The notes under the pieces were generated by a model. It worked only from the letters and a program-made list of their open reading frames with translations. It made no database searches and had not been told where the DNA came from. From Psammoneis japonica (Eukaryota), in the NCBI GenBank assembly GCA_008632985.1, contig QPGO01000309.1, forward strand, positions 1-63,044: a stretch of DNA of 63,044 bases, in the 5' to 3' direction. Below are positions 37,631 to 50,739 of the stretch, in pieces. The number at the start of each line of letters is the position of its first letter. Position 1 is the stretch's first letter. The translations under genes were made by a program, and so were the position numbers.

Positions 37631-40600
37631 TTTTGTTTGTTTTGCTTTTTTGCACAAGCTCTGTTCAAAGCAGCACTGCTGGCGGCACTTTTGGAAAGGT
37701 CTTCATCATGGAGAATGCCTTTGTTGTGCATGCAGTGTTTTTCTCTTCTTGAAAAGCTCTTGCGGTGACAGCGGGGGACTTTCCCTCTTTGACACAACTT
37801 GCTGGGGGCAGTCTCTTTGCAACAAAATGGCCACCCTGCTTGTGGCAGGCTGAGAAATGAGAGCTTGCCTGGGTGAAAACCTTGGCTGACAACAAAAGTG
37901 CTTTGAGCTGCCGGGTGGCTCAACCACAAAAAGGGTGTTTTTGATTTTTTTCTTTTGTTGCTTTTTGCACAAGTTTTGCCTCTTTGTTCAAAGTGGCTCT
38001 TCCCCCTCTCACTCAATGTGCTCTGCTGCTGTGCCCAAAACTTGAGATGTTGTCAGGAAGCACGAGTCTGTCAAGGATTTGAAAAACAACAAACTTTGTT
38101 GCTTTGCTGGGTTTGGAAGCTGCTGCTCCCCAGACTTCTCCCCAACAACAGCTCAGCTTGCTTTTTGTTTGATGTTGGTGGTGCAGCTGCAGTGCCCCCA
38201 GCATCACACCTTGTTGTTCATTGTGAAATGACTTGGCACATCTGCTGAACACCAGCAGCAGCAAGCCTGGCTTGTTGCTTGTCAGCCACCAGCTCTTTTG
38301 CTGGTCATGAAAAAATTTGATGCACCAACTGAGCTGCCAAGGGGCGGCCACCACCACACACTCAGCCCAAATGCTGTGTGCAAGCAGGGCATCAAGCCGC
38401 CACTGGCAAAACACAATTGCTGGGCACCAGGGGTGTGTGACACAAATCATTGGGGACAGACAGGCCATGCACCTTTGGCTCTGTGCAAGGGCTGAGTTTT
38501 TACAGGTGCTCTTCTGAAGCAAAATGTTGCTGTTGAAGGAACCTTTGGAAACCTTGCATGCGCAGAGCTGGCTGCAGGAATGAGACAAAAACATGGTGCA
38601 CTTTTTTGTTGTCCAGGCTGGGGGGGGGGGGGCAACAGCTGCACATGTCCACAAAGATGCCACACCAAAAGATCTGCCAAGTGAAGCAGCACAAAGCAAA
38701 GGAAGAACAAACTTTGTCATTGAGTCAGCCATGTCAACATTGCCCATGTTGTGTGGCTCTGGTTTTGCCCTGCGCATGAGCCCTTGCAGCTCACATTTGT
38801 GACCACACCACACCACACCACAAAAAGAAAAACATGTTGATTCACTGTGCTCTGCACACAAGGCAGGTCACAGAAAAGAGTGGCAAACATTGTCACTGCT
38901 TTTGCCTTTGCCATTGCTCTGGGTGGCGCTCATTGTTTTCAAGTTTGTGGCTCCAGACAACCTGCTTCATTCATGCACACATGAGGTGTGTTGAATGGAA
39001 GAAAAAGCATGACTTTTCAATCTGCCACATTTTTGTCAGCCTTGTGTGGCTGTGCTTTTGCCCCTTGGATTTGGCTGCTGCAGACACTGCACAGCTTGCA
39101 TTTGTGTGACTGCACAATGCATGACAAAAGAACAAGTGCAACAATCTGCACACCTGGTTTTCTGTGCACAACCTGTCACACTCTTTTGTTTCATTTTGTC
39201 TTTGCACACTGCAGATCAAAGTGTTGCTCACCACATTGACAGGTGCTGTCATTGTTTGACTGAAGCCATCACAAAAGCTGATTTTCACATTTGGCATGTG
39301 TGGCTCTGCATGTCCTGGCACAATGCTGAAGGTGTGGAGGTGTGTGAGAGGAAAGGTGCGGGGAATTGACAATGCATGATTTGGCTTGGACAGGGCCAGC
39401 TCTGGTTGAGTTTGGGTTTGACATGATGCATGGCCAGCAACATGACCCTCTTGAAGACAGGAAAAGCAGGTGGTGGCTCAGTGGGGTCACAACATTGCAA
39501 AATGTCACAACAACGAGCAATGAGAAGAAAGCCAACTTGACCCAGAAATGAAGTGCGCAGGATGTCATCCAATTGCTTTGATCTCATCATCTCACATTCT
39601 GGCCAGCAGGTCAACTGGCGCCACTTGCATTGCTTGCCATGGTGTGCTGTTGGACTGTCATGCTGTTGTTTCTGCATGACAAAGATGGGATCCATTTTCC
39701 TGACAGTGGCTCTGTTTTGTGACAGCAGTTGTTTTGCTGCATTCAATCTGAAGACATTTTGAGAAGCACTTTGGGGCAACCCTGTTTGGACCATTGAACA
39801 AAAGTTTTTTGAACACAGACTCACTCCATCTTAAGTTCTTTTGGGTGTTCTGCAACATTTGAGAGCAGATGTGTGCAGTTGTCAGAAGCATGAGAGAAAG
39901 TTGAGTGACACTTGGAAGCCTGAGGAACAGACATGAGTTTGCGTGTTCCCTGTGGAGCCTGCAGATCTCCATGCACACTCTGCTTGTTGTGCCTCACACA
40001 TGCACTCAGGAGCTCATGCTTCCCACTGAAGAGCACAGCAAAAGGCAGCAATCCTGGGGAATTTTGGGGAATCCCATGGCAAAACCAAACTGAGCTGCTG
40101 TGGTGATCATGAGCTGGAGCAGGGTGCCAAAACACTCTGGGCTGAGAGCGGTCATGCACCATTGGGGGCATGCCATGGTGACCTTTGTTGCTGCTGAGAT
40201 TGGCGGGAGGTGCTCTGACACACAAACATCATTTTGGAAGGAAGTTTTGGAAACCTTGCATGGGCAGCTGGGGGATGAGAAAAAACAAGGCATGCCATGA
40301 TGCTGGCCAGGTGCAGAGGATGAGTGCAGTGGCCACGGAGAGGACATGCCAAATGCACAAAACCAGATCCACACATGGCAGCACTGCTGCAGTTGCAGGC
40401 AACAATTTGCCCTTGGAAGCAAAAAAAAAAAGGACAGGGTCAGACTTGACAGACAACAGCAGCTTTGTGAGTGACTTGTGGCAAAGAGAAGGGGGACATG
40501 ACAAACCAAGATGATGACAAAAAAAAAACACCCAGAGCAGCAAAACAATGGCAGCCACTGGAGTTGACTCTGTCAAGGTGATTTTTTTCTTTTTCATCTG

Positions 40601-42320
40601 TTTTGTGCAAGTTGCAACACAACAGCATGCTGGCCACATTGTCCCCACACAACCTCTCTGCTTGTGCTGCCTGGCATGAAAATCTCTGGAGATCATGTGA
40701 GCTGGTGGCACAACAGGCCCGCCCCATGTGCCATCATGGCTGCCTTGTTCTTTGCATCTTTTCCCACACCAACACACTGCCTGCTGCCCAGAGATTGAAG
40801 TTCATTTTTTGCAGAATTAAAACCAGTGTCAGCGCAGGAGAAAAGCCCACTGCAGGTGAAGAAATTGAGCTGTTTTTTTCTGATTTTGGCTGTGAAAAGA
40901 GCTTGAATGTTGACTGCAGTCAATTGCAACAGTCAATTGTGATTGTGACCTCAGCTCTTTCCTGACAATCAGGTGATTGCAATCAAGTTTGCAACAGCGT
41001 GATTGCAGTCAAAGTGAGGTTGATTGCAGTCAATCCTGGCAATTGGTTGACACTGATTGAAGCTCACTTGGTGCAGATGGACAGACAGATTGTCATTTCT
41101 CTTGGCACTGGACAGCACAATTTCTCTGCGCATTTTTTTGCAATGACTCCACAGCACAAAAGTCAGCTGTTGTCATGACAATCATGACTGCATGTGAGCG
41201 CGCGAGCACTGAGCTTTGCACTCTCTCGTGCCACAGCAAGTCTGCGACCATGATGGCCAGAACAGACACATTCCAAACCGTCAAAACAAGCACAATGTGA
41301 AACAAACATCATGCAATTGTTGCTTCTTTCTCCTTTGTGTGGGCCAACCAACCAAGACCACTCAACTCTCAAAAAAGAAAATGGTGGTGGGCACTGGAGA
41401 GGAGCCTCTCTTGAAAAGACAATCCATGAAGTCACGGCAGACATGCAAACAACAACAACAACAACAATGCCCGTGGAACAGCCAGCATCACAATGATGGG
41501 CCTTCTTTCACATCATGTTGTTGTTTTGCAATCAGTTGCCCCAGCAAGTGAGAATGTGGAACAAATGGGTTCTGCTTTGGTCAAAAACTGAAATGACAAA
41601 AGGTGGCTGCCAACAGAGCACGCCCAAGAAAACAAAGCATGAATTGCATCTGTTGTTGTTTGCATCCTCTTGCAATCAAAAAAGAGAGAGAGAATGCACC
41701 ACCACACGCAACTGCACAATCATGTCTGTCTTGTTTCAAAGTCAATTGTCGCCACCACGGAGACGACTCCCAACAAATGATGACGACGTGTGGACAGCAA
41801 GGTTGTCACTGTGCGTGCATTTTGTGGATGTGCAACATTGTTTCCAGGCTGTGTTTTCCATCACTTGCAAAAAAAGGCAATTGTCATGGTGTCATGACCA
41901 CAACAACAATGGCAACAAAAGATGGGGCATGTCCTGTCTGTGTTGCACCATGACATGCTGCCAAGAAAATGAGGCATTTGTTGATGGTTTTCTCTGGTGT
42001 TGTGGGTTGGCATCTTGGCCATTTTTGTAGGATTTGACATGCTCTGCCCAACAAACAAGAGCAGTTTGGGGAATGTGTTGTCCAAGATTTTTGGATGTCC
42101 CCAATGCTGGGACGCGACGACCGTCATTGTGCTCCAGATTGTGCACTTTGTCTGTGCCAAAGAAAACACAGTGCTGCATGGTGACAGATGGGACCTGGCT
42201 GGTTGTGGACAATGTGAAGGAGAAACATTTGAAGAAGCAAGAGCAGGCTCAAGCTGCCATCATGGTCCGTCAAAAGGAATGGAACAGCAAAACCGAACAC
42301 ACTGTTGAGCTAGAGAGTGA
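35140..42320. other. TpA-depleted domain 5 (tRNA array plus unidentifiable decayed sequence)
   Basis: TA loss; internal paralogy between ~38530-38600 and ~40230-40300. Confidence 0.8.
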
Positions 42321-42862
42321 ACATGCGACATGCGAGTTACAAGCATTGTACAGTGCAGCCACATTGTCACAATCTCTTTTCTCTACTCTTCTATTGTCAC
42401 GCTTGAACCATCTCGAGCGGCTCATGTCGTGGTAACAGTTTTCATTCCAAATGTCTCTTGAAGGAATCTATTGCTTCACCACGGCGTTGGATGGATTTAA
42501 ATCGTCCAAAACGAAGTGCCGCTGTGGTCAGCTCCCGACTTGTGTTAAAACACAGGTTGCGGAGCCTCAAGAGCTCAATAAGGTTTCTCCAGAGGAAGGG
42601 TTTCCAGCGCTAGAATCAAAGAAAAACTCCAATGGCTTGAAGTTACTTTTCTTTTTCGCAAAGTCGATCATCTAATGAAAATGGGCGTGCGTGACATTGA
42701 CTTAATATTTCGGTACGTCTTTGAGAATTACATGTAAATTCAATAATTGAAAACGAACTGTCTCAGCTTCACAAATCACTTGTCTGTGTGACTAACTGAG
42801 CAGTATAGTCTAAACGTGATCTCCCAAGTTCGCACTCAAACACTGATTGGAACCTCGAAACT

Positions 42863-45370
42863 TTAAGAGCAGCTCAAGGTTTTACTCGATTGTACCAGGT
42901 CATTGGTGATATGCATCAAATCAAGGAATTCTTGTTTCCCGTAGGCACACAGCTCCACCTTCTTGAGTTCATCGTATCCGGGAAACGCGGAAATTGTTTC
43001 AAGCGCAATGCGCAAGATCTTGGACAAATTCCCGCCAGAACGGTTTCCAGCGCTAATCAAGGATATTCCAATAGCTTCAAGTTTCTTTTCTTTGGCACAC
43101 TCGAGACTAGACTTGTATGCTTCTCGAAGCAACTTGTCCTTACGTTCCAAAGATTCGTGATTGTCGTCCGTCGCATAGGTTGGTCCCACGGCAAAGATTA
43201 CGAATGCCACATTTAAATCCCCAAACGTCGTACCTGATTCTCTTGTGGGAGGGCCAATGACTTTTGCTTCACCGGTAGGGCATCGGACGTCGCCCCAGTT
43301 GTTCCTTTCCACTGGCTCGAGATGCTGGACTTTTTGCCGAAAGTCCGACCCACCCTTGTCTTCCACAGCCCTTGCAACAGATTCCTCGCACGTGCGACGG
43401 CAGGATTCATTGGTGGCGCAGACAATGGCCGCCGTGCGGTCCTTGTCGGACTTGAAATCCAAGACCGAAGAATGGCTCACCGACAATGTAAAGGGTCTAC
43501 TACCACTGCCCGTAGGAGTAACAATAAATTCTCGTGGAGGCAGTGGACAATCACCTGGTGAATTATGCAAGCGAGTGACTTGTTCTTCCTCGCGTCTTTT
43601 CTCGTCCTCTCGATTCTCATATCTCTGTAGCTCTGCCTCCTCTTCTTTCTTGATTTTTTTAGTCAGATTGTCAACCTGAGTTTGAAGGCTTATCGCTTCA
43701 TGGGGATTTTCGGAGGAAGCCATTTCTCTCTGCAGCTCGCGCTTCTTTGCCTTTAGGTCGTCCCGGTGAGGCAGCACCTCCCGGAGCTTTTCCAATTCTG
43801 CTCTTCTCGTCCTGTGCATTGCAGCTTGTCCCGGATCTTGATGGCGATTTGCACATTGGAACTCTTTTTCTGCTCGGTCAATGTCCAATTCTAACTGGTA
43901 TCGAGATTCGTAACCGCCGTTGATGAGCTTGTCAAAATCCTCTTCTGTAATATCGGCTTTATTGCGAATGTCGACTGGATTTCCGGCTCCAATACTTGCG
44001 AAAATATCGGACGAGCGTTTAGTCATGAGATCATTGGCCCTTGTTGCAGCTGCATATTCTGGAAGGACGAGAAAGTCGGCGAGTCGTCGTGGCGTAAAAA
44101 GCGAACGGCCCAATCCTTCGTTTACCCAACGGCACTCGACACCAAATAATTTGACAGAGGCTTCCATATCCAAGGGTTTTACATCCAGGCGGTCAAAGCG
44201 GGGTTTCTCACAATCCATTCCTTGCCCTTGGCCTGAATGATTAATGAGAACGATATGGGCATTTTGGGATTCAACAAGGTCCAGCGTCTTGAGAAAGTAA
44301 AACAACTTGTCAATGGATTTGGTATCAACGAGGCTTTTCTTGGGACAGGAACAATCAATGAAAATGAGTGATGAAACGCCATGAAGGCTCTCAGCCGTCC
44401 GCTCGCAGAGCGACACAAACTCATTGGAGTTTAAAGTGGTTTCACCAGAAAGAACGGCTTCCATAACTTGATGGAGACCACCCATGACTTGATCGCCATC
44501 ATGATTGTGGCCACGCGATGGCAGCCAAAAGACTTCTTCGAATTGTGGGAAATCATCACGTCGCTTCTTGATATATGCACACACAGCTTCTGCCAAGGTT
44601 GTCTTCCCGACACCCGGCCTTCCAGTAATCTGAACAAAGTGATATTTCAGAAGTCTGTATATGACTTGGTACATACTTTGTTCCCGACCGAAGAATTCTC
44701 TCGGATAGGAGGGCAGTATCCTCGCGGCTGGTTTGTCACAAAACTTAAACACACTGTCATGACGGTCACTTTGTTCCGGCAGAAGAACAAAGTTGGAGTT
44801 CTCGATGCCATGCTTGGCTACGTTGAAGGCTTCAATCACAGTCGACGTGCCGGTTGCAAGCATGGCGTAGAATACCCGAGTAAATTCGAGAGCGTCATCT
44901 GCCCAAAGCTTTCCTTTGCAGCAAATAACATGAGGAATCTTGACATTTTCAAATGCCTTTCCGGCTTCTAGAGAAGAACACGCCGACAGGAAAACTAGTT
45001 TTAAGCCACCAACTCCGTACATTTCGAGCATATCCTTTAGCTGAGGAATGTACAACGGATCCATGGCCCCACGACTTTCCAATGCAAGGTAATAGTCACA
45101 AGCATGACCAGAGAAATGTAAGATTCCGCTATCGTCCGCCTTGAGGATTTCTTCAAGTCGATTCTTCGTGGCCGTTTCATACACCACATTGTTAAAGGGT
45201 TTGCTCCCCTGGAACAAGTCCAGAAAAAGTGCTCTTTCTCGTTCATGATCCGGTGGCAAACCAAATTTCTCAAATATCTGACCTCGCATCTGGACTAGCG
45301 GTTGTGATTGTGAGACCACCATTCGGTTGATGGTAGTCTCCTCTCCGCCCATGCTCGACTGCGTAGCCAT
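42863..45370 (-). CDS. CHAT (caspase-like) protease - STAND/NB-ARC-like P-loop NTPase - coiled coil - Macro domain protein, 835 aa
   Basis: ILHFSGH and LVFLSAC (His/Cys dyad). FFGRE..ITGRPGVGKTTLA Walker A. Macro motifs AIVCATNE, TGEAKVI, VIFAVGP, AYKSSLECAKE, ISLISAG. Confidence 0.9.
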   Translation of the reverse strand: MATQSSMGGEETTINRMVVSQSQPLVQMRGQIFEKFGLPPDHERERALFLDLFQGSKPFNNVVYETATKNRLEEILKADDSGILHFSGHACDYYLALESRGAMDPLYIPQLKDMLEMYGVGGLKLVFLSACSSLEAGKAFENVKIPHVICCKGKLWADDALEFTRVFYAMLATGTSTVIEAFNVAKHGIENSNFVLLPEQSDRHDSVFKFCDKPAARILPSYPREFFGREQSMYQVIYRLLKYHFVQITGRPGVGKTTLAEAVCAYIKKRRDDFPQFEEVFWLPSRGHNHDGDQVMGGLHQVMEAVLSGETTLNSNEFVSLCERTAESLHGVSSLIFIDCSCPKKSLVDTKSIDKLFYFLKTLDLVESQNAHIVLINHSGQGQGMDCEKPRFDRLDVKPLDMEASVKLFGVECRWVNEGLGRSLFTPRRLADFLVLPEYAAATRANDLMTKRSSDIFASIGAGNPVDIRNKADITEEDFDKLINGGYESRYQLELDIDRAEKEFQCANRHQDPGQAAMHRTRRAELEKLREVLPHRDDLKAKKRELQREMASSENPHEAISLQTQVDNLTKKIKKEEEAELQRYENREDEKRREEEQVTRLHNSPGDCPLPPREFIVTPTGSGSRPFTLSVSHSSVLDFKSDKDRTAAIVCATNESCRRTCEESVARAVEDKGGSDFRQKVQHLEPVERNNWGDVRCPTGEAKVIGPPTRESGTTFGDLNVAFVIFAVGPTYATDDNHESLERKDKLLREAYKSSLECAKEKKLEAIGISLISAGNRSGGNLSKILRIALETISAFPGYDELKKVELCAYGKQEFLDLMHITNDLVQSSKTLSCS

Positions 45371-45889
45371 TTTCTGAGACGTGAATTGGCTTATTTTGTC
45401 CGCCTGCTTAAAAAAAGAAATGGTCTAGGTTTTGATTAATACCGATTGATCTTTACGTCATTCAAGGCAGAGTCAACGTTGTCTCACCGTTTATTGTGCC
45501 AGGTTCAGCCAGATGGAGTTCCGCCTGAAGCTTCCGGTTTCGTGCTTGAAGTTGTTCCTGCGGAGAAATCCGTATCGTTTCTACGAGTACTCTTGCGTGC
45601 GGAGTTAGATCAGGTCGCCCGAATAAGCAGGGAACGCAGAAAATGCAGATCGGAAGTATTGTGGAATTATGCCACCCCATGTGGCGTGGGCGATGTTGTT
45701 CAGATACGCCCGACTAGAATTTCAATCGAGGCATGACTGACGCAATAGTCTCAGACATACAAATTCTACATACGATTGAAACATGTATAAAGATACCACG
45801 TTGAACTCAATACGTGTCTAACATACAACGGCCATGCGTATGGTTTCATATGTTGACGCACTCCAGCCAATCAGCACGCTGTCTGTAGA

Positions 45890-48800
45890 GCAGAATGCAC
45901 TGCCTTTCCCAGCTGTCGCGCGTTTCGCACCTTAACTCATTCGTGCGTCGTCAATGGAGCAATTGTCTCTCCAGCAGAGAGCACGCCGACTGCCACAGCG
46001 TCTGCACATTTTCACACATTGATGCACTGAGCCCCTCCAACCAATCAGAGTGTTGTCAGCAGAGAAGAGCCAAAAACTCCCTTTTGGATGCAGAGAAGAA
46101 GAGGCTCCTCGGTGTTTTTTGTTCTCTCACAAAAGCGAGGCCCCCTTTCCCAGTTTGTGTCGCCGTGTGTTTGTTGGCACATGCCTTTTCTGTCATTCAA
46201 GCATCTTGATGATGGAGCAACAGAGCAGCTGTCTCTTGAGCAGAGAGTGCAACTCACCAGAGAAGAGAGCTGGTGTGCCGCCAATCTGACAACACTCTGC
46301 TGCTGTGGAGAGATGGCTTGGTTGACAGCATTTCAGTGCACTCCCACTCTTCATCAACTGGCACATTGTTTTGAGCAGGGTGTGGTGAGAGCCCTCGCCA
46401 GTGCATCTGCTGTGTTGTGTTGATTTGAGCCTGGCACAAACAAGAGCCACACATGAGGATGTTTGCATCGACGTGGCATGTGAAGATCAACTGCAGTGAC
46501 GCGTTCCAGCCCTGGGTGGGAGCTCGCAGCACTGACGTGTGACACAAACAATTTTTGTCATCCGTTGCATGTTTCGCACATAGATTTCTACGTGTGACAT
46601 TAAAAAAAAATTGTCCAGACTCGCTGTTTTGCGCAGCCCCAGATGTTTTGTTTGACGAATTTGCAGAAACGACAATGCACCAGTTGCATTCTTCAATGTC
46701 TGAAGAATGTAGATGGCCAAGTAAAAAATGGTGCACTTCAATCATGGGCGAGTTTGTGCATTCGCAAAATTGCCTCATTTTCTGTTGGCAATCATTGACA
46801 TTTAAATTGCCCGACAATTTCAATGCAGAGCTCGCACGAAGAAGTCTGCGGGCCCAATGTCACACGGATTCCCACCTGCGTCTGGAACGCGTCCAGTGGT
46901 GTCTTTTTATCCCAGGGTGAGAAATAATTTGTGGACAAATTGCTCAGTTTTCTGCATGTTTCTGCACCTGACACACACTCAGCATCAAACCCACAGTGCA
47001 AAAAATTGAGATCTGACAAGAAACAGCCCTGACGCATGCTTGGAGAATGTGGAACTTCCAATCAGCAAAACACTGACCAAGAAAGCAGCTGACAACGAGG
47101 GTGTTGAGGCAAAGGGCAAGGAAGATTCCAAGTCAAACGCAGTCTGTTTCACTTGGAATCAACCAGCACCAGGTCGGCCATTTGGTTTGCAAAAAGAGGC
47201 CAAAACCACAAAGAACAAGAGATGCAAAGAGGAGCTTTTGGCTGCTCTTGTTGCAAGTTTTCTTGCTTGGTGTTTTCATGGCAATGCTCTTGGGATGGCC
47301 ACGTCCAACCTCCTTTGAAATTTTGTGTCAATTGTTGGGGGATGACAAACATGTGGACAGACACCAACATTTTGGCAGATGTCATCTTTGAGCTGCCTCT
47401 GGCTGGAGACAGCTGTCAACAACAATGACATCCAGAATTTCAGTCACACTGCAGTGCACATGCAGACATGATTGTGGCATTGGCGTTTGTGCTCCAAAGA
47501 GAGGCACCGCCCAACAACATGTTGTCATGGCAGACCCAACAATTTGGGCTGGAGTGAGTGATTTCAAGATGCACCTGATTCCACTCATTTGTCTTGGGCT
47601 GTTGTCTTTGAAAAAAACAATGGCAACACTGAAAAACTTTTTGCTGGCAACAATGAGGACAGCAGTGCCAAACTGCTGCTGATTTGCCAAAAGCCAAAGA
47701 CAAAACTTCTTCAAAACCACTGCTGCTCAAATGGTGTGGCCATGACCAGCACCATCTTCATGAAATGCAGAGCAAAAAAATCTTTCCCATTCATTGTTGC
47801 ATCGCGCAATGAGTCTTTGTGAAAGTGCTCTGGACTGCACCAAGCAAACAAAGGTGTGGAGAGTTTGTCAGCTGTTGAGATCAAATCCACTTGCTTTGCA
47901 ATTGTGCTGCATTGTGAAGCTGTTGCATCAAGCCATCCATGCAAGCATGATGAAGAAGAAACAGAAGACACAGGTGTGTTTTTGTTTTTCAAGAATGCCA
48001 AGCTTGCAAGGAGAGAATTCAAAGGAGCCAATGTGAGAGCGAAATGCACGACAGCAGGGAGCCATTGATTCTGCCAGAGGAGCACTTGAGGAATGACATG
48101 GCAGGGCCCTTTGTGGCTTCAGTGCAACAAAAAAAATGACTCCACAGCCTGCCTGCATGCCGGCATGTTGCATTCTTGTTGCTCTCTCCCAAGTGAGTGT
48201 CACTGTGTGACTTGGTTGGCTCTTGTTGTCGGGCTCCTTGTGGCATGCCCATGTGTGTCTACACACAGCCCATTTGAGGAATTGCTGCCACCAACAAATG
48301 GGATTTCCAAAAAGGCAACTGTTGTGGAAAATGGCCCCAGAGTGAAGAAACAACCCAAAGGATTGCCTGCTGCCATTGTCTCATTTTGCTCACACACAAG
48401 ACAATGGCGCCATCATTTGATGCAGCGCCAAGACATGAAAAAGCCAAGATGCTGCGCACAAACTGCTGGGTCCTGGCTGTTGTTGCTGTCATTTTCCTGA
48501 CTGTTTTTTCCTGACCATTTGATTGGATGTTGCAAAAAGGGGAAATGCCTGACATGCTTGAGCAGCAAAACAGAGGCCACCCTCCAAAATCTGCTGTGCT
48601 GCACTTGAGGGCACGCCACACCAGCACCACATGTCGTTGCTCTTCTAAATCTGTGATGCTGTTCTTTGATGAGTCCCTTGTGGCACTCCCACGTGTCTGC
48701 ACTCAAATGTGATGGCATTTGAGGTGGCACTGACACATGCCAATGACTCCCACAAAAAAAGGCCCGCCATGACACGCGCCAATGACTCCCACAAAAAGGC

Positions 48801-49430
48801 CCGCCGTTGTCAATGCTGGACAAGGCAAACAGAGAGTTGTCAAGGCCTCTTCTTTGTGTTGCTGCTCACCCACAAGAAATGCACATGGGACAATGGCAAT
48901 GCCACTCTGCACTTGTTGGGCACAAGAATGGATGTGTGCTGCAACACAACAAGCGGCGCAACCCACAAGAGATGAGCAAGCCCAGCTTGTGGACTCTCAA
49001 ATGTGGAGCTCACACATGAGGAGATGAAACCATTCCAACAACAAGGACACACCATCACACACAAAAATGACCACTGCAGGACTTGCTCAAGCCAATTGCA
49101 GCTGCAGTGCTTGGCACTTTTTGGGGTGGATGCACAAGCACAAGCCACACAGCTTGCCCTTTTGCGCAGAGCAGGGAGACGGCACTGCTTCTTGAGAGAG
49201 CTGGAGCACAAAAACAGCAGCTGCTGCTGCTGGACAATGGTCCCCATGATGTGTTGCTGCCACAAGCAGCTGTTGCAGAAGCAGTCCTCTAGAGAGAGTG
49301 AGCCTTTTCCCATCAACTCTAGCCAGGTAGAGTTTCTTGGCTTTGTCGCCATGATGTCGCTGCTGGTCAGCTTTTTGCACCTCCTCATTTCACGAGTTGT
49401 CTGTGTTTGCATCCATGACTGGGTACAAAT
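45890..49430. other. TpA-depleted decayed domain 6 (boundaries approximate)
   Basis: TA loss except inside the MITE. Confidence 0.8.
46498..46893. mobile_element. MITE copy D
   Basis: TIRs gacgcgttccagcctgggtggga / tcccacctgcgtctggaacgcgtc; TSD cagt on both sides. Confidence 0.9.
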
Positions 49431-49903
49431 TGGCTGTAGACTTCTACACAAATTTGAAATCTTTTGGTTGGTTGAACTCTGTCGAGAAAATCAGACACTT
49501 CTCTATGTAACTCTTCGGTGATGAATGTGTCATGTGACACTTGTATGATTTCACGTCTTTTGATTGGTTCGTCGTGACGTCAGATGGGCTTCGTTGCGGA
49601 AGAGCCCGCCCAAAAAAGAACGACATCCATCTGGCAATGTCGTCGTCGTCTCTTGCAATATCCAGCTGCCTTGTTGTTTGTTGCGACAACTCAAATACAC
49701 ACAACACATGAAGGACACAGGAGACGGTAACCAAAAGAGAGTATATTCACAATCATCGCAACAGCCAAACACTCTGTTTTTGTGTGTAGTAGTCTACATG
49801 GATTGAGAGAAAGTTGCGATTCTATAAAAAGCCTACCGTAACAACGAGCGCAAGAGCCAACAACAACAAGTGCAAACCGCTACATTTTTGTTTTGGATTC
49901 ATC

Positions 49904-50497
49904 ATGAGACGAAACAACTCCAACGCATGTCTCTTGTTATTGTTATTCTTGTGGCATACCATGCCTCGGACAGTCATGGCGTACGGTCGATATCATCCCA
50001 TTTGTTTCATTCGCTTCTACGAGAACGACAGTCGTCAATGCATGGACGAATCCAAAGCTCTTGGTGAGCACAGTACACGTGTCTATGGAGAGCATTATGC
50101 ACACATGTGTTTTCATGATGATAAAAAGTGCATTTCGCAACAACACGTGGAATGTTGTGTCGATACGGACGTGATTCAAAATTCCAATGATATTTCGGGT
50201 GAATTCTTGTATCTACCCCACAATGCCCAACGAGTACACATCAAGTGTGACATGGGACAACATTATCTCAAAAAGTGTCGTCAAGAATCCAAAAACAATA
50301 CATCATCAAAAACAAGATTACAACAAACGATTCCCATCTTTTTACCAATTACCGTGGCGATTGTAGCCTTTGTGAGTTTTATTCTCGTATCATGGATGAG
50401 AAACAACCAACGAGTCAATAACGAGGATGGTAGTGGTGATACGGTCAAAATGAATGACGAAGATGATTTGTCCACCTTTGAAGAGACAGCAGTTTAA
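49904..50497 (+). CDS. Small single-pass membrane protein with signal peptide and Cys-rich ectodomain, paralogue 1
   Basis: Signal-like N-terminus, C-terminal TM. VECCV and GDTVKMND..DLS are shared with 53139-53744. Confidence 0.8.
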   Translation: MRRNNSNACLLLLLFLWHTMPRTVMAYGRYHPICFIRFYENDSRQCMDESKALGEHSTRVYGEHYAHMCFHDDKKCISQQHVECCVDTDVIQNSNDISGEFLYLPHNAQRVHIKCDMGQHYLKKCRQESKNNTSSKTRLQQTIPIFLPITVAIVAFVSFILVSWMRNNQRVNNEDGSGDTVKMNDEDDLSTFEETAV

Positions 50498-50739
50498 TGT
50501 ATGTATTATATACTGGACGACGATCATTTCGGATCAATACACGTGCACATGTTTTCACCAACAATTACACAGAGTGAATGCTACTTTAATCTAACAATAC
50601 ACACCATGTTTCAAAAAAGCAACGTCTATCGTAACGTGTGCTCGTACACTGTAGAAACACAGACAAGTGTTCCTCATGATTCCTGATTCTACGCATTCGA
50701 ACGATGCAATCACTGAGCCCCGACACACACGCATGCACT

